Positions 9,976 to 18,790 of a stretch of DNA of 64,000 bases are shown one piece after another; within the stretch, counting starts at the first letter, position 1, and every line of letters starts with the position of its first letter. The DNA is from Candidatus Latescibacterota bacterium (GTDB lineage Bacteria > Latescibacterota > UBA2968 > GCA-2709665). Where the stretch lies: contig OZ242358.1 in NCBI GenBank assembly GCA_965208835.1, forward strand, positions 2,048,001-2,112,000, given 5' to 3'. The notes beneath the pieces were generated by a model, which saw only the letters and a program-made list of their open reading frames with translations, was not told the DNA's origin and searched no databases. The position numbers and the translations under genes are program-made.

Positions 9976-11169
9976 ATGGACAAGAAGCCGTCGAAGGATG
10001 GCACCTGCAATTCAACCCGTGCCGTCCACGCCGGGGAAAATGGAGGGCACTGGGGCCATTCCCTGACGGTTCCGATCGCGCAGACGTCGACCTACGTATT
10101 CGAGAATACAGGGGCGGTGGACGATTTCGTGTCCGGGCGTTCGGCCCGTCTCGATTACGGACGCTACGGAAACCCGACCCAGCAGATTGCCGAACGAAAA
10201 CTGGCCGAACTTGAGGGCGCGGACTCGGCGCTGCTGTTTTCGTCCGGGATGAGCGCCGTGACGACGACGCTTCTGGGCATGTTGTCCACGGGACACCACG
10301 CGGTGATCACCGACGACTGTTATCGGAAGACTGCGCAGTTCTGCGAACAGATGCTGAAAAAGTTCGGGATCGCCACCACCTTCGTGCCCGCGGGCGACTA
10401 TGAGCGGCTGGAGGCCGCCATGCAGGGAAACACGAGGGTGGTGATTGCGGAGTCGCCGACAAACCCGCATCTTAATGTAATGGACCTCGAAAAGGTGGTC
10501 CCCATCGCCAAGTCGAACCGTGCGAAGGTCGTGATCGACAGCACGTTCGCCACACCGTTCAACCAGCGTCCCCTCGAGTTCGGTGTCGACCTCGTCATTC
10601 ACAGCGCAACCAAATATCTGGGGGGGCACAACGACCTGATCGCGGGCGCCGTTGCGGGGCCCGAGCCGCTGGTTTCGGCCATCAAGGACTATCGCGGTAT
10701 CCTGGGCGGTGTGATCGACCCCCACTGCGCGTATCTGCTGATCAGGGGCATCAAGACATTCCCGTTGAGAATGGCGCGTCAGAACGAGACGGCGCTTGCG
10801 CTCGCCCGTTTTCTGGATGGGAACCCCAGGGTGCGCCAGGTCTACTATCCCGGGCTGGAGGGCCACCCGCATCACCGGGTCGCGCGGGAGCAGATGAACG
10901 GGTACGGCGGCGTGGTGAGTTTTGATCTCGACGCGGACCTGGCTGGAACCATGGCGTTTCTCGATCGCCTGGAGATTCCCTGTATTGGCGCGAGCCTGGG
11001 CGGGGTGGAAAGCATCGTCTCGCATCCGTCAACCATTTCCTATTACGAAATGGCCCGGGAAGACCGGATCGCCGTGGGGATCAGCGACGAATTGGTACGC
11101 TATTCCGTCGGGGTCGAAGACGCGGAAGACCTGATTGACGACGTGAAACGGGCCCTGGAGGCTGGCTAG
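9976..11169 (+). CDS. metB: Cystathionine gamma-synthase, plant-like
   Basis: YGRYGNPT, SSGMSA, DCYRKT, ESPTNP, HSATKYLGGHND (PLP Lys), SLGGVES; RBS GGAGG before ATG 9976. Confidence 0.85.
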   Translation: MDKKPSKDGTCNSTRAVHAGENGGHWGHSLTVPIAQTSTYVFENTGAVDDFVSGRSARLDYGRYGNPTQQIAERKLAELEGADSALLFSSGMSAVTTTLLGMLSTGHHAVITDDCYRKTAQFCEQMLKKFGIATTFVPAGDYERLEAAMQGNTRVVIAESPTNPHLNVMDLEKVVPIAKSNRAKVVIDSTFATPFNQRPLEFGVDLVIHSATKYLGGHNDLIAGAVAGPEPLVSAIKDYRGILGGVIDPHCAYLLIRGIKTFPLRMARQNETALALARFLDGNPRVRQVYYPGLEGHPHHRVAREQMNGYGGVVSFDLDADLAGTMAFLDRLEIPCIGASLGGVESIVSHPSTISYYEMAREDRIAVGISDELVRYSVGVEDAEDLIDDVKRALEAG

Positions 11170-11188
11170 AGGAAGGAGGAGTCGGGAC

Positions 11189-11981
11189 GTGGCTCGCGTC
11201 CCGTTGCGGCGTATGTTCGGTCCGTTTCTTGCATTCGCGCTACGCGCGCCCTTGCAGGACGATCGCTGGCGTCAAAAGGTGCTGGTGGGGGGGTTGTTGT
11301 CCCTTCTGCCGAAATCTGGCGCTGCTGCTCGCCGTTTTTATGGCATTGGGAAAAGTCTCCAGGATGCTCGCGCCCGTGGCGGTCGTTTTCTTCGTGTTTC
11401 CAACAGTCGTTTCCTGGGGATACGTCTATCGTGTCTTTGTCGACGCGTTGAACGGTCTGGAATTCCGCCGTCTTCCCGAGTGGAGCGATTGGCGGAGTTA
11501 CGCTGGCGTGGGGATCCGGCTGGGAGTGATCTACCTGGGATATCTGTTCCTGGTCGGCCTGGGGGCGCTTGCCGTAATGGCCGTTTTCGGCCTGTTTCCT
11601 CCGGGAGAGGATCCAACCCGGCTGAGTGCGGTGACGTTGCTGGCGATCGGCGCCGCCATGATGCTTTACGGGCTGCTGCCCATCGTTTTCGCCCGATTTG
11701 CGGCCGAGCGCAAGATATGGGCTTCGTTCGATCCGGGCGCGATCCTGTCGGACGCGGGGAGAGCGTTCAGGGGCGGGCGATATACGCAGGCGTGTCTGGG
11801 ATTCTACCTCTGTTTCGGGCTGCTGCTCCTCCTGAATCTGATACTCGGAGCGGTGCCGCCGGTGGCCATGTTCGTCGGGTCGATCGGCTCGTTTTATCTG
11901 ATGGTGGTTTTTGCCTGGGTATTCGGGTGGTTGATCGGGATCAGGGGTTCAGATTCCCGGCCGCGGGAGCCCGTTAGCTGA
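11189..11981 (+). pseudogene. DUF4013-like membrane protein with one frameshift near 11312 (pseudogene or sequencing error)
   Basis: Frame from GTG 11189 (strong RBS) gives ALRAPLQDDRWRQKVLVGGLLSLLP; the hydrophobic continuation (NLALL...GYVYRV...LPEWSDW) is in the +1 frame. Confidence 0.6.
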
Positions 11982-12055
11982 TCATATAGGGAAATGGGGC
12001 CGTCGGCCGGTAGATTCAGATTGCGCCGGCCACGATGCAGAATGGCCCAGTTGAC

Positions 12056-12988
12056 CTACGGTTCAGATTCCTTCCAGTTAATCCATCCGGTTCCACGGTG
12101 TCCGAATTCAGCCCGCTCCGGATATAACACCTCCGAGAGAATCTCCGCCGACTCGACCACGCGCGGACCGGGTCGATTGAAATATTGATTCCCGTCCGTA
12201 ATTACGACTCTGCCCTTTTTGACCGCGGACAGCCTTTCCCACTCAGGATGTTCCGCCAGCGGCGCCATCTCGCGACTGGCGCGTTCGATGTCGAAACCGC
12301 AGGGCATTATGGCGATCACATCGGGATCGGCCTCCAGAAGCTGCTCGATCTCGATCCAGTCTGCGTGTTCTCCGGACCGCCCCAATACATCCGTCCCGCC
12401 AGCGCAATCCACCAGATCGGGAACCCAGTTTCCGGCAACCATCAAGGGGTCGATCCACTCGATACAAGCGATCGACGGGCGGGATTCCGATGTCTGGGGC
12501 CCGGCATGTATCGTCTGGAGTCGACCGGACAGGCGAGCGGCGAGTTCATCGCCTCGTTCGGGGTTGCCAAGAACCGATGCGACCTTCCTTATATCCTTCC
12601 ATACGTCCAGCAGACACATCGGCTCCAGCGAAACGACTCTCGGCTCGGAACCGACCAGTTCACAGACCGCTCTTTCGACGTCATGGAGACTCACGGCGCA
12701 GACTTCGCACTGGCTCTGTGTGACTATTGTCGTCGGAGCCAGACGATTCAGAATGCGTGGATCCACGTCGTACACGGACAGTCCGTCCGCGACGATCGAA
12801 CGTACCTGACTGTCGATCTCCGAACTGTGTGCCACGACGTCGACCTTCGAGGACGAGCAGACCGGCAGTCGTTCAATGGAGGATGGATAATCACACTCGT
12901 GAGAGCGGCCGACGAGCTGGTCCTCGAAACCGAGAGCACACACGATCTCGGTACCACTGGCAATCAGGGAAACGATCCGCTGGTTCAT
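12056..12988 (-). CDS. BtuF-like cobalamin/Fe-siderophore periplasmic binding-fold protein
   Basis: RIVSL..S.TEIVCALG, VGRSHECDYP, TQ..CEVCAV, EW.DP...G.W.P, FNRPGPR; no signal peptide. Confidence 0.75.
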   Translation of the reverse strand: MNQRIVSLIASGTEIVCALGFEDQLVGRSHECDYPSSIERLPVCSSSKVDVVAHSSEIDSQVRSIVADGLSVYDVDPRILNRLAPTTIVTQSQCEVCAVSLHDVERAVCELVGSEPRVVSLEPMCLLDVWKDIRKVASVLGNPERGDELAARLSGRLQTIHAGPQTSESRPSIACIEWIDPLMVAGNWVPDLVDCAGGTDVLGRSGEHADWIEIEQLLEADPDVIAIMPCGFDIERASREMAPLAEHPEWERLSAVKKGRVVITDGNQYFNRPGPRVVESAEILSEVLYPERAEFGHRGTGWINWKESEP

Positions 12989-13210
12989 GGTTGCAAGGTT
13001 GGCGCCTGTCTCCACCCTTGGGCGGGTGTAAACAGTCGGCAGAATCTCGACGGGACGGGAATCTCTGTGTCGTCCTTCTCAGTTTCGAGGAAAGCGATAG
13101 GGCCCGCAGCCTGCGGTTTAACAAGGCGCGAAGCTTCCAATCGGTCTGCAAATGCCGTGATCAACGCGGGATTGGCTCGATTTTCGCCGGCAGATCGACG
13201 GGAATTGCGG

Positions 13211-14125
13211 TCATACCTGCGACCAGGCCGTATCCAGTACCCTCTTGGCGTTGGCGATGACGATTTCGGGTGATTCTCCCTCCATCGGGGAGACTTCAAA
13301 GCTCAGAATGGGGCGCTTGTCCGGATCCAGGAATCCGATGTCGAGCAGTTCGCTGAGAAATTCCACTGCTTCCGGTACGTCGTTCTCACCGTCTTCGCAA
13401 CCGAAGCGAGGATGGTTGTCGCCGTAGGCCGGATGATCCGGGTTTCGCATCACGCAGTTGCCTATATGGGCGTGTACCAGATGGTCACGGGCGATTCTCA
13501 GCGCATATTCGGAGGTTTCGCCCTGCAGGGGGAAATGACTCAGATCGAGCATCAATCCGAAGTTGGAATACTCACGCCTGACTCTCGATGAAACCTCGAC
13601 CGCCAGTGCATTCGGGCCTACGAGACAGTTCTTGCCAAAGGGTAGACGGTCGAACGTCTCCAGAACCACGTTCATGTTCCTGCCTGCCGCCTCGTCGCAA
13701 AGGCGATAGAGTGAGTCGACCAGCAGGTCCACGCCCCGCTCACGGGCATCGGGGCCGGGATCCGTGCCCGAAAGCAGCGCAACCCCGGGGGCCCCGAGCG
13801 CCTCGGCCTGTTCAATCCCGGCCTTGACCGCGTCCACGGCACCCAGCCTGTGGTCCTCGTCGTCGGAATTGATATCCAAATTGCCGCCAAGCAGGATGGG
13901 TTGAGCGCCGAAAGCCACGTCCATATGGGCCGCCGAGAGCAAATCGGCGGCTCTTGCGAGTACGTTTCCGTCTTTCATATGTGTGACTTCCACTGCCTGG
14001 AAATACGGGTCCAGTGCGATTCGCTCCAGCGTTTCGAGAATCGGTCCTTCACCCCCGATACAGGACTTGTAGGCCATAAAGTGGACGATGCCGATGCGAG
14101 CATAGTTCTGAATGGGTTCGGTCAC
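13211..14125 (-). CDS. Sugar phosphate isomerase/epimerase (TIM-barrel) family protein
   Basis: Metal-ligand motifs LE, DLSH, HAHIGN, FEV; RBS AAAGGAG before GTG 14125. Confidence 0.75.
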   Translation of the reverse strand: MTEPIQNYARIGIVHFMAYKSCIGGEGPILETLERIALDPYFQAVEVTHMKDGNVLARAADLLSAAHMDVAFGAQPILLGGNLDINSDDEDHRLGAVDAVKAGIEQAEALGAPGVALLSGTDPGPDARERGVDLLVDSLYRLCDEAAGRNMNVVLETFDRLPFGKNCLVGPNALAVEVSSRVRREYSNFGLMLDLSHFPLQGETSEYALRIARDHLVHAHIGNCVMRNPDHPAYGDNHPRFGCEDGENDVPEAVEFLSELLDIGFLDPDKRPILSFEVSPMEGESPEIVIANAKRVLDTAWSQV

Positions 14126-14337
14126 AACCGGGACTCCTTTCTGACTTGACGCACTTACGGGCCGATTCGCGCGGGAGGCGATTCGGAAAATGGAAACGGA
14201 AAGCCGATATCTTCCAGTCGGCACACGTATAAAGAGGTCCGTTGGGACATCCCGATATGCGCGCGGCCCGGAGGTATGGCGGTGCCAAAATACGCATTCG
14301 TACGGGTTATGTCAATCGGCAATTCGCACTTTTCCGC

Positions 14338-14366
14338 TTGACTTTCCCGGCGTCCGCCTGTATAAT
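14338..14366 (+). promoter_or_regulatory. Sigma70 promoter for tRNA-Tyr
   Basis: TTGACT N17 TATAAT; a divergent TTGACA N17 TATTTT (14315-14287, minus strand) could serve the isomerase gene. Confidence 0.75.
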
Positions 14367-14390
14367 TTTCGCCCTGATTTCATAGAGAGT

Positions 14391-14476
14391 GGGGAGGTAC
14401 CCAAGCGGTCAACGGGGGCAGACTGTAAATCTGTTGGCTGACGCCTTCGGTGGTTCGAATCCGCCCCTCCCCACCA
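14391..14476 (+). tRNA. tRNA-Tyr (GTA)
   Basis: GGGGAGG/CCTCCCC acceptor stem, anticodon arm GCAGA-CT-GTA-AA-TCTGT, long variable arm, TTCGAAT, encoded CCA. Confidence 0.97.
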
Positions 14477-14490
14477 TTTCCCGGGCTCTG

Positions 14491-14533
14491 AGCCCCTCCC
14501 AAGAAGCTGTATTCAATCGGAGGGGTTTTGTTG
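14491..14533 (+). terminator. Probable terminator after tRNA-Tyr
   Basis: AGCCCCTCC/GGAGGGGTT stem with a large loop, followed by TTGTTG. Confidence 0.45.
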
Positions 14534-14688
14534 TGTGCCCGGGGAACGTCCATTGCCCGCCGGTATCCCTGGCGGCGGGTCCGGCCTGCGGCCGCACGGC
14601 GTGAGTCGGGGCGCCCCCTGAGAGCGAGAGTGCGGAGATGTGGATATTTTTCTCGAGTCTGTGGAAGCTGTTTTCTCAATAAAAGTTC

Positions 14689-14717
14689 TTGACATCCATG
14701 CCTCTATATTATAACTT
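14689..14717 (+). promoter_or_regulatory. Sigma70 promoter for tRNA-Gly-Thr-rpmG unit
   Basis: TTGACA N17 TAACTT with AT-rich upstream sequence. Confidence 0.65.
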
Positions 14718-14789
14718 CTTAAGTCTGGAAACTTTCAGGGTCGGCCTGTGCTCAGGCGCGGCCCCACGGGGGTTTGCTTCGTGTTATTT

Positions 14790-14866
14790 GCGGGAATAGC
14801 TCAGTTGGCTAGAGCGTCAGCCTTCCAAGCTGAATGTCGCGGGTTCGAGTCCCGTTTCCCGCTCCA
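14790..14866 (+). tRNA. tRNA-Gly (TCC)
   Basis: GCGGGAA/TTCCCGC stem, TCAGC-CT-TCC-AA-GCTGA, TTCGAGT, CCA. Confidence 0.97.
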
Positions 14867-14920
14867 TTTCCCTGCGGGCACCTTTACCAGCCCTTTTTCT
14901 GTCGACCAGACAGGGTCATG

Positions 14921-14996
14921 GCCCATGTAGCTCAGTCGGTAGAGCACCTCCTTGGTAAGGAGGAGGTCACCGGTTCGAGTCCGGTCGTGGGCTCCA
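14921..14996 (+). tRNA. tRNA-Thr (GGT)
   Basis: GCCCATG/CGTGGGC stem, CCTCC-TT-GGT-AA-GGAGG, TTCGAGT, CCA. Confidence 0.97.
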
Positions 14997-15018
14997 GAAT
15001 ACCGTCCTGGCACCGAAA

Positions 15019-15171
15019 ATGCCCAGAGATCTGATTACATTGGCCTGCGCCGACTGCGCGCGCCGAAACTATACGACGACCAAGAATCGGCGTCTACACC
15101 CGGACCGCGTCGAATTCAAGAAATATTGCCGGTTCTGTCGCAGGCATGCCCTGCACCGGGAGACTCGCTGA
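15019..15171 (+). CDS. rpmG: 50S ribosomal protein L33 (Zn-ribbon type); absent from ORF track
   Basis: Manual translation [50 protein letters not shown]; two CxxC. Confidence 0.95.
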   Translation: MPRDLITLACADCARRNYTTTKNRRLHPDRVEFKKYCRFCRRHALHRETR

Positions 15172-15196
15172 GTTTCAGGAATCGCTGCTGAATAAG

Positions 15197-15356
15197 CAGC
15201 CAGTTGACAAAGTCCATCCGGGCTGCGGCCGTCCCTTGCGGTCGAATACTGCGTTGCGCGCCCTCGCCGAATCGCTCGATGGGACTCGGTCGCGCGCCTT
15301 GTCTTCGGCCACAATGGCTCGGACTCGCCCTCAGAGCGACTTTATCAATAGGACTG
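15197..15356 (+). mobile_element. MITE-like element family A, copy A1 (160 bp)
   Basis: Ends CAGCCAGTTGACAAAG / CTTTATCAATAGGACTG; interior alignable to 40027 and 54813 copies; flanks TAAG/TTAG. Confidence 0.85.
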
Positions 15357-15364
15357 TTAGGGTT

Positions 15365-15440
15365 AGGGCAGTAGCTCAACTGGTAGAGCACCGGTCTCCA
15401 AAACCGGCGGTTGCGGGTTCGATTCCTGCCTGCCCTGCCA
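15365..15440 (+). tRNA. tRNA-Trp (CCA)
   Basis: AGGGCAG/CTGCCCT stem, CCGGT-CT-CCA-AA-ACCGG, TTCGATT, CCA; canonical position before secE. Confidence 0.97.
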
Positions 15441-15603
15441 TTTTCCTCCGAAACAGCCACCTGGCCCGCACCCGAGTTCCGCAAGCAGCTACGGCCCCCG
15501 GGTTTCTTTTACGAATGCCCGCTAACCTGCGTCGATTTCGGCACCCGAATGTTCATTCCCGGGCTGCTTCCGATGTTGGGGCGTTTCCCTGACGGTATTC
15601 CCG

Positions 15604-15789
15604 ATGTTCGCGAAAGTGGCACAGTTCATTAAAGACGTTCAGCTCGAAATGGGCAAGGTCACCTGGCCGACCCGGGACGAACTGATCGCTTCCACGACGA
15701 TTGTACTGGTGGTTTCGCTGGTCCTTTCGGTGTTTATTTTCGCTGTGGATTTCGTGCTTTCCCTGGTTCGCAGGTTCGGAATGAGCTGA
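15604..15789 (+). CDS. secE: Preprotein translocase subunit SecE
   Basis: EMGKVTWP motif and single TM; lies before nusG. Confidence 0.95.
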   Translation: MFAKVAQFIKDVQLEMGKVTWPTRDELIASTTIVLVVSLVLSVFIFAVDFVLSLVRRFGMS

Positions 15790-15823
15790 CGGCCTCATTT
15801 TTTTCAACAGTGAGTGATGCACC

Positions 15824-16363
15824 ATGGCAATGCGCTGGTACGTCGTGCATACCTATTCGGGACACGAAAACAAGGTGCGTTCCTATCTCGAAAGTGCCAA
15901 GGAAGGCACCGAGGTCGCGGACCGGATCAACCGGGTTGTGGTTCCTACCGAAGAGGTCGTGGAGATGAAGGACGGGAGGAAGACGACCTCCTTCAGGAAG
16001 TTTCTGCCCAGCTACATTCTGGTCGAAATGGAGATGGATAAGGAAACCATGCATTTCGTGACCAACGTACCGGGCGTTACGAGCTTTGTCGGGCCGGGTA
16101 AGCGCCCCCAGCCGCTTCACGAAAGAGAGGTGGAACACGTCCTGGGACACGTGGACCGGCGTCAGGAACAGGACGATCAGGAGATACCTTATCAGGTCGG
16201 AGATCGGGTCAAAGTCATCGACGGGCCCTTCAGCGAGTTTATCGGCATGGTCGACGTCGTGAACCCGGAGAAGAGAAAGATCAAGGTGATGGTGAGCATT
16301 TTCGGCAGAAACACGCCTGTGGAACTGGATGTCCTGCAGGTCGAAGAGGCAGTGGAAGGATAG
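15824..16363 (+). CDS. nusG: Transcription factor NusG
   Basis: [14 protein letters not shown] motif [21 protein letters not shown]. Confidence 0.97.
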   Translation: MAMRWYVVHTYSGHENKVRSYLESAKEGTEVADRINRVVVPTEEVVEMKDGRKTTSFRKFLPSYILVEMEMDKETMHFVTNVPGVTSFVGPGKRPQPLHEREVEHVLGHVDRRQEQDDQEIPYQVGDRVKVIDGPFSEFIGMVDVVNPEKRKIKVMVSIFGRNTPVELDVLQVEEAVEG

Positions 16364-16367
16364 CGCC

Positions 16368-16793
16368 ATGGCAAAGAAAGTAATGACAATAATCAAACTT
16401 CAGATTCCTGCGGGACAGGCGTCCCCAACGCCCCCGGTGGGGCCGGCGCTTGGCCAGCACGGCGTCAACATTATGGAGTTCTGCCAGGCGTTTAACGCAC
16501 AGACTAAAGACAAGCAGGGGCTGATTGTTCCCGCCGTCATCACCGTTTTCGCGGATCGCAGCTTTTCCTTCATTACGAAGAGCCCGCCCGCCGCGGTGCT
16601 GTTGAAGCGTGCCGCAGGCCTGGAGAAGGGATCGCCCGAATCCAATCGAACCAAAGTCGGCAGTGTCAGGCCCGATCAGGTACGGGAGATTGCCGAAATG
16701 AAGATGGAAGATCTGAATGCAGGTAGCCTGGAAACCGCCGTGCGCATGATCGAAGGAACGGCGCGAAGCGCGGGTATTACGGTGGAGGATTAG
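16368..16793 (+). CDS. rplK: 50S ribosomal protein L11
   Basis: [25 protein letters not shown]. Confidence 0.97.
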   Translation: MAKKVMTIIKLQIPAGQASPTPPVGPALGQHGVNIMEFCQAFNAQTKDKQGLIVPAVITVFADRSFSFITKSPPAAVLLKRAAGLEKGSPESNRTKVGSVRPDQVREIAEMKMEDLNAGSLETAVRMIEGTARSAGITVED

Positions 16794-16806
16794 GAGGACC
16801 ATTATT

Positions 16807-17505
16807 ATGGCAGGGCGCAACGGGAAACGATACAGGACGGCGCTTTCCGGGATCGATCGACGCGCGCAATATTCAATCGAAGATGCGATTTCACTGCTGA
16901 AGGAGATGCCGGCGCCGAAGTTCGATCAGACGGTTGAAATGGCGATACGGCTGGGCGTGGACCCGCGCCAGGCCGATCAGCAGATCCGCGGTACGGTGAT
17001 GTTGCCGCACGGGCTTGGAAAGACGATTCGCGTGGTTGTGTTCGCCAAGGGCGAGCAGGCGGCGGCAGCCGAAACGGCCGGAGCGGATGTTGTGGGAACC
17101 GACGATCTGGCCGAACGGATCAACGGTGGATGGACCGATTTTGACGTTGCCATCGCGGCGCCGGACATGATGAGCGTTGTCGGTCGATTGGGAAGGATCC
17201 TGGGCCCCAGAGGTCTGATGCCCAATCCCAAGAGCGGCACGGTGACCCCTGACGTGGCGAGGGCGGTGACTGAAGCCAAGGCCGGACGAGTGGAGTATCG
17301 CGCGGACAGGAACGGGAATGTTAATGCGCCCGTGGGCAGGATGTCATTTGAAGAAGACAGTTTGGTCGAGAATGCCAGAACACTTTTCGATACGATTCTC
17401 CGCGCGCGTCCTTCATCTGCCAAGGGCCAGTATGTCAGGTCCGTAACCCTGGCGACCACAATGGGGCCGGGTGTACGGATCGATCGGTCCAGCGTAACAA
17501 ACTGA
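16807..17505 (+). CDS. rplA: 50S ribosomal protein L1
   Basis: [29 protein letters not shown]. Confidence 0.97.
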   Translation: MAGRNGKRYRTALSGIDRRAQYSIEDAISLLKEMPAPKFDQTVEMAIRLGVDPRQADQQIRGTVMLPHGLGKTIRVVVFAKGEQAAAAETAGADVVGTDDLAERINGGWTDFDVAIAAPDMMSVVGRLGRILGPRGLMPNPKSGTVTPDVARAVTEAKAGRVEYRADRNGNVNAPVGRMSFEEDSLVENARTLFDTILRARPSSAKGQYVRSVTLATTMGPGVRIDRSSVTN

Positions 17506-17537
17506 CTGCGGTAATCCGCGCAACGGAAGGGAAGAGG

Positions 17538-18074
17538 ATGCCAACGGCCGGAAAAATCAGCGCTGTCGAGGAACTGACACGGCTCATGAACAGGTCTCAA
17601 GGGTTTTACCTTACGGACTTTACCGGCTTGGATGTGCCCGATGTCACACGGTTGCGGAAACGGCTGCGCGATGAGGACATAACCTATCGGGTCGTAAAGA
17701 ATCGTCTGGCCCTGATCGCCGTAAAAAACGCAGGGATTCAGGGACTGGAAGAGGTTTTGCAGGGGCCGACCGGCCTGGCAAGTTCCGAAACCGATCCGAT
17801 CGCGGCGGTAAGGCTGCTTCACGAATTCGCGTCGGAAACCGACGGTCTGCCAAGGATTAAGGGCGGCTTCGCGGATGGTCGGGTCTTTCGAGAGGATCAA
17901 CTGCAAGCGCTCGCCCAGCTTCCGCCGAGGGAAGTGTTGCTGGGACAGTTGGTGTCCTCGGTTCAGAGCCCGTTGAACGGGCTGGTATTCTGTCTGGGCG
18001 GCCTGCTCCAGAGCCTTGTACTGGTTCTGAACGAGATTGCAATGAAGAAAGGTGAGGCCGGGGTGGAAGATTAG
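17538..18074 (+). CDS. rplJ: 50S ribosomal protein L10
   Basis: [22 protein letters not shown]; synteny. Confidence 0.95.
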   Translation: MPTAGKISAVEELTRLMNRSQGFYLTDFTGLDVPDVTRLRKRLRDEDITYRVVKNRLALIAVKNAGIQGLEEVLQGPTGLASSETDPIAAVRLLHEFASETDGLPRIKGGFADGRVFREDQLQALAQLPPREVLLGQLVSSVQSPLNGLVFCLGGLLQSLVLVLNEIAMKKGEAGVED

Positions 18075-18283
18075 ATGTTGTTTTAAATTTCCGGTGAGTC
18101 CCGAGCACGCGCGAAAATGTGTCGGTTACGAGGCGCGAGGGGCGCGCAGCGCCGACGGTCAAGGGCGCCCATATTCAATGTATCGTGGCTGTGCGCCCAC
18201 CGCCACTCTTGGGTGGTTTTGACCAACGCAGACCGACGCCTTTGCAGCCGCGCAAAGACCGCTGGGGGATTTAAGACAGCTTC
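18074..18283 (+). mobile_element. MITE-like element family B, copy B1 (210 bp)
   Basis: Ends GATGTTGTTTTAAATT / GATTTAAGACAGCTTC; TTA on both sides (18071-73, 18284-86); alignable to reverse complement of 44725 copy. Confidence 0.85.
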
Positions 18284-18346
18284 TTAGTCATTCAGGAGCA
18301 TATCAATCCGTTTCCATCAACATGATAAGACGTATGGAGGATGTCC

Positions 18347-18727
18347 ATGGCAATCGCAGACATTATCGATGAGATCGAGAAGCTTTCCGTTCTGGAACTG
18401 GCCGAGCTTGTCAAGGCGCTCGAAGACAAATTCGGCGTGAGCGCCCAGGCGATGGTCGCCGCGCCCGCGGCCGGCGCCGGCGCAGGTGCGGACGGAGAGG
18501 CCGAGGAAGAAGAGCAGACGGAATTCGACGTGGTGTTGAACGCCATCGGCGACAAGAAGATTCAGGTAATCAAGGTTGTCCGCAGCGTCACAAGTCTGGG
18601 CTTGAAAGAAGCCAAGGAACTCGTCGACGGGGCGCCTCGCAGCGTGAAGGAGGGAGTCTCAAGGGAGGAGGCCGACCAGATCAAGGCTGAACTGGAGGAG
18701 GTTGGAGCCGTGGTTGAGATAAAATAG
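18347..18727 (+). CDS. rplL: 50S ribosomal protein L7/L12
   Basis: [39 protein letters not shown]. Confidence 0.97.
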   Translation: MAIADIIDEIEKLSVLELAELVKALEDKFGVSAQAMVAAPAAGAGAGADGEAEEEEQTEFDVVLNAIGDKKIQVIKVVRSVTSLGLKEAKELVDGAPRSVKEGVSREEADQIKAELEEVGAVVEIK

Positions 18728-18790
18728 CCGGACCGAACTGCATTCCTGCCGTCAATCATTGGTCGATTTCACCGGAGGAGCGTGATCATC

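Noticed and set aside
12989-13210. Cobalamin riboswitch upstream of the BtuF-like gene
   Set aside because: No GGGAA, GCAACTGT or B12-box motifs found on the minus strand
14463-14500. GCCCCTCCC repeated after the tRNA-Tyr 3' end as a possible att site
   Set aside because: Only 9 bp, better explained as a terminator arm; no integrase nearby
14503-14680. Two GAAGCTGT matches to the family B end (14503 and 14664)
   Set aside because: Both are on the same strand rather than inverted, and the interior shows no similarity to family B; too short to call
15069-15592. Short ORFs sharing peptides such as ESHPAIRRG or [10 protein letters not shown] with ORFs near 40000 and 54900
   Set aside because: They are translations of family A repeat copies; the frames are not conserved between copies and they overlap tRNA/rpmG
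17506-17537. L10 leader upstream of rplJ
   Set aside because: The gap is only 32 nt with no recognisable leader; the structured element downstream of rplJ is repeat B1
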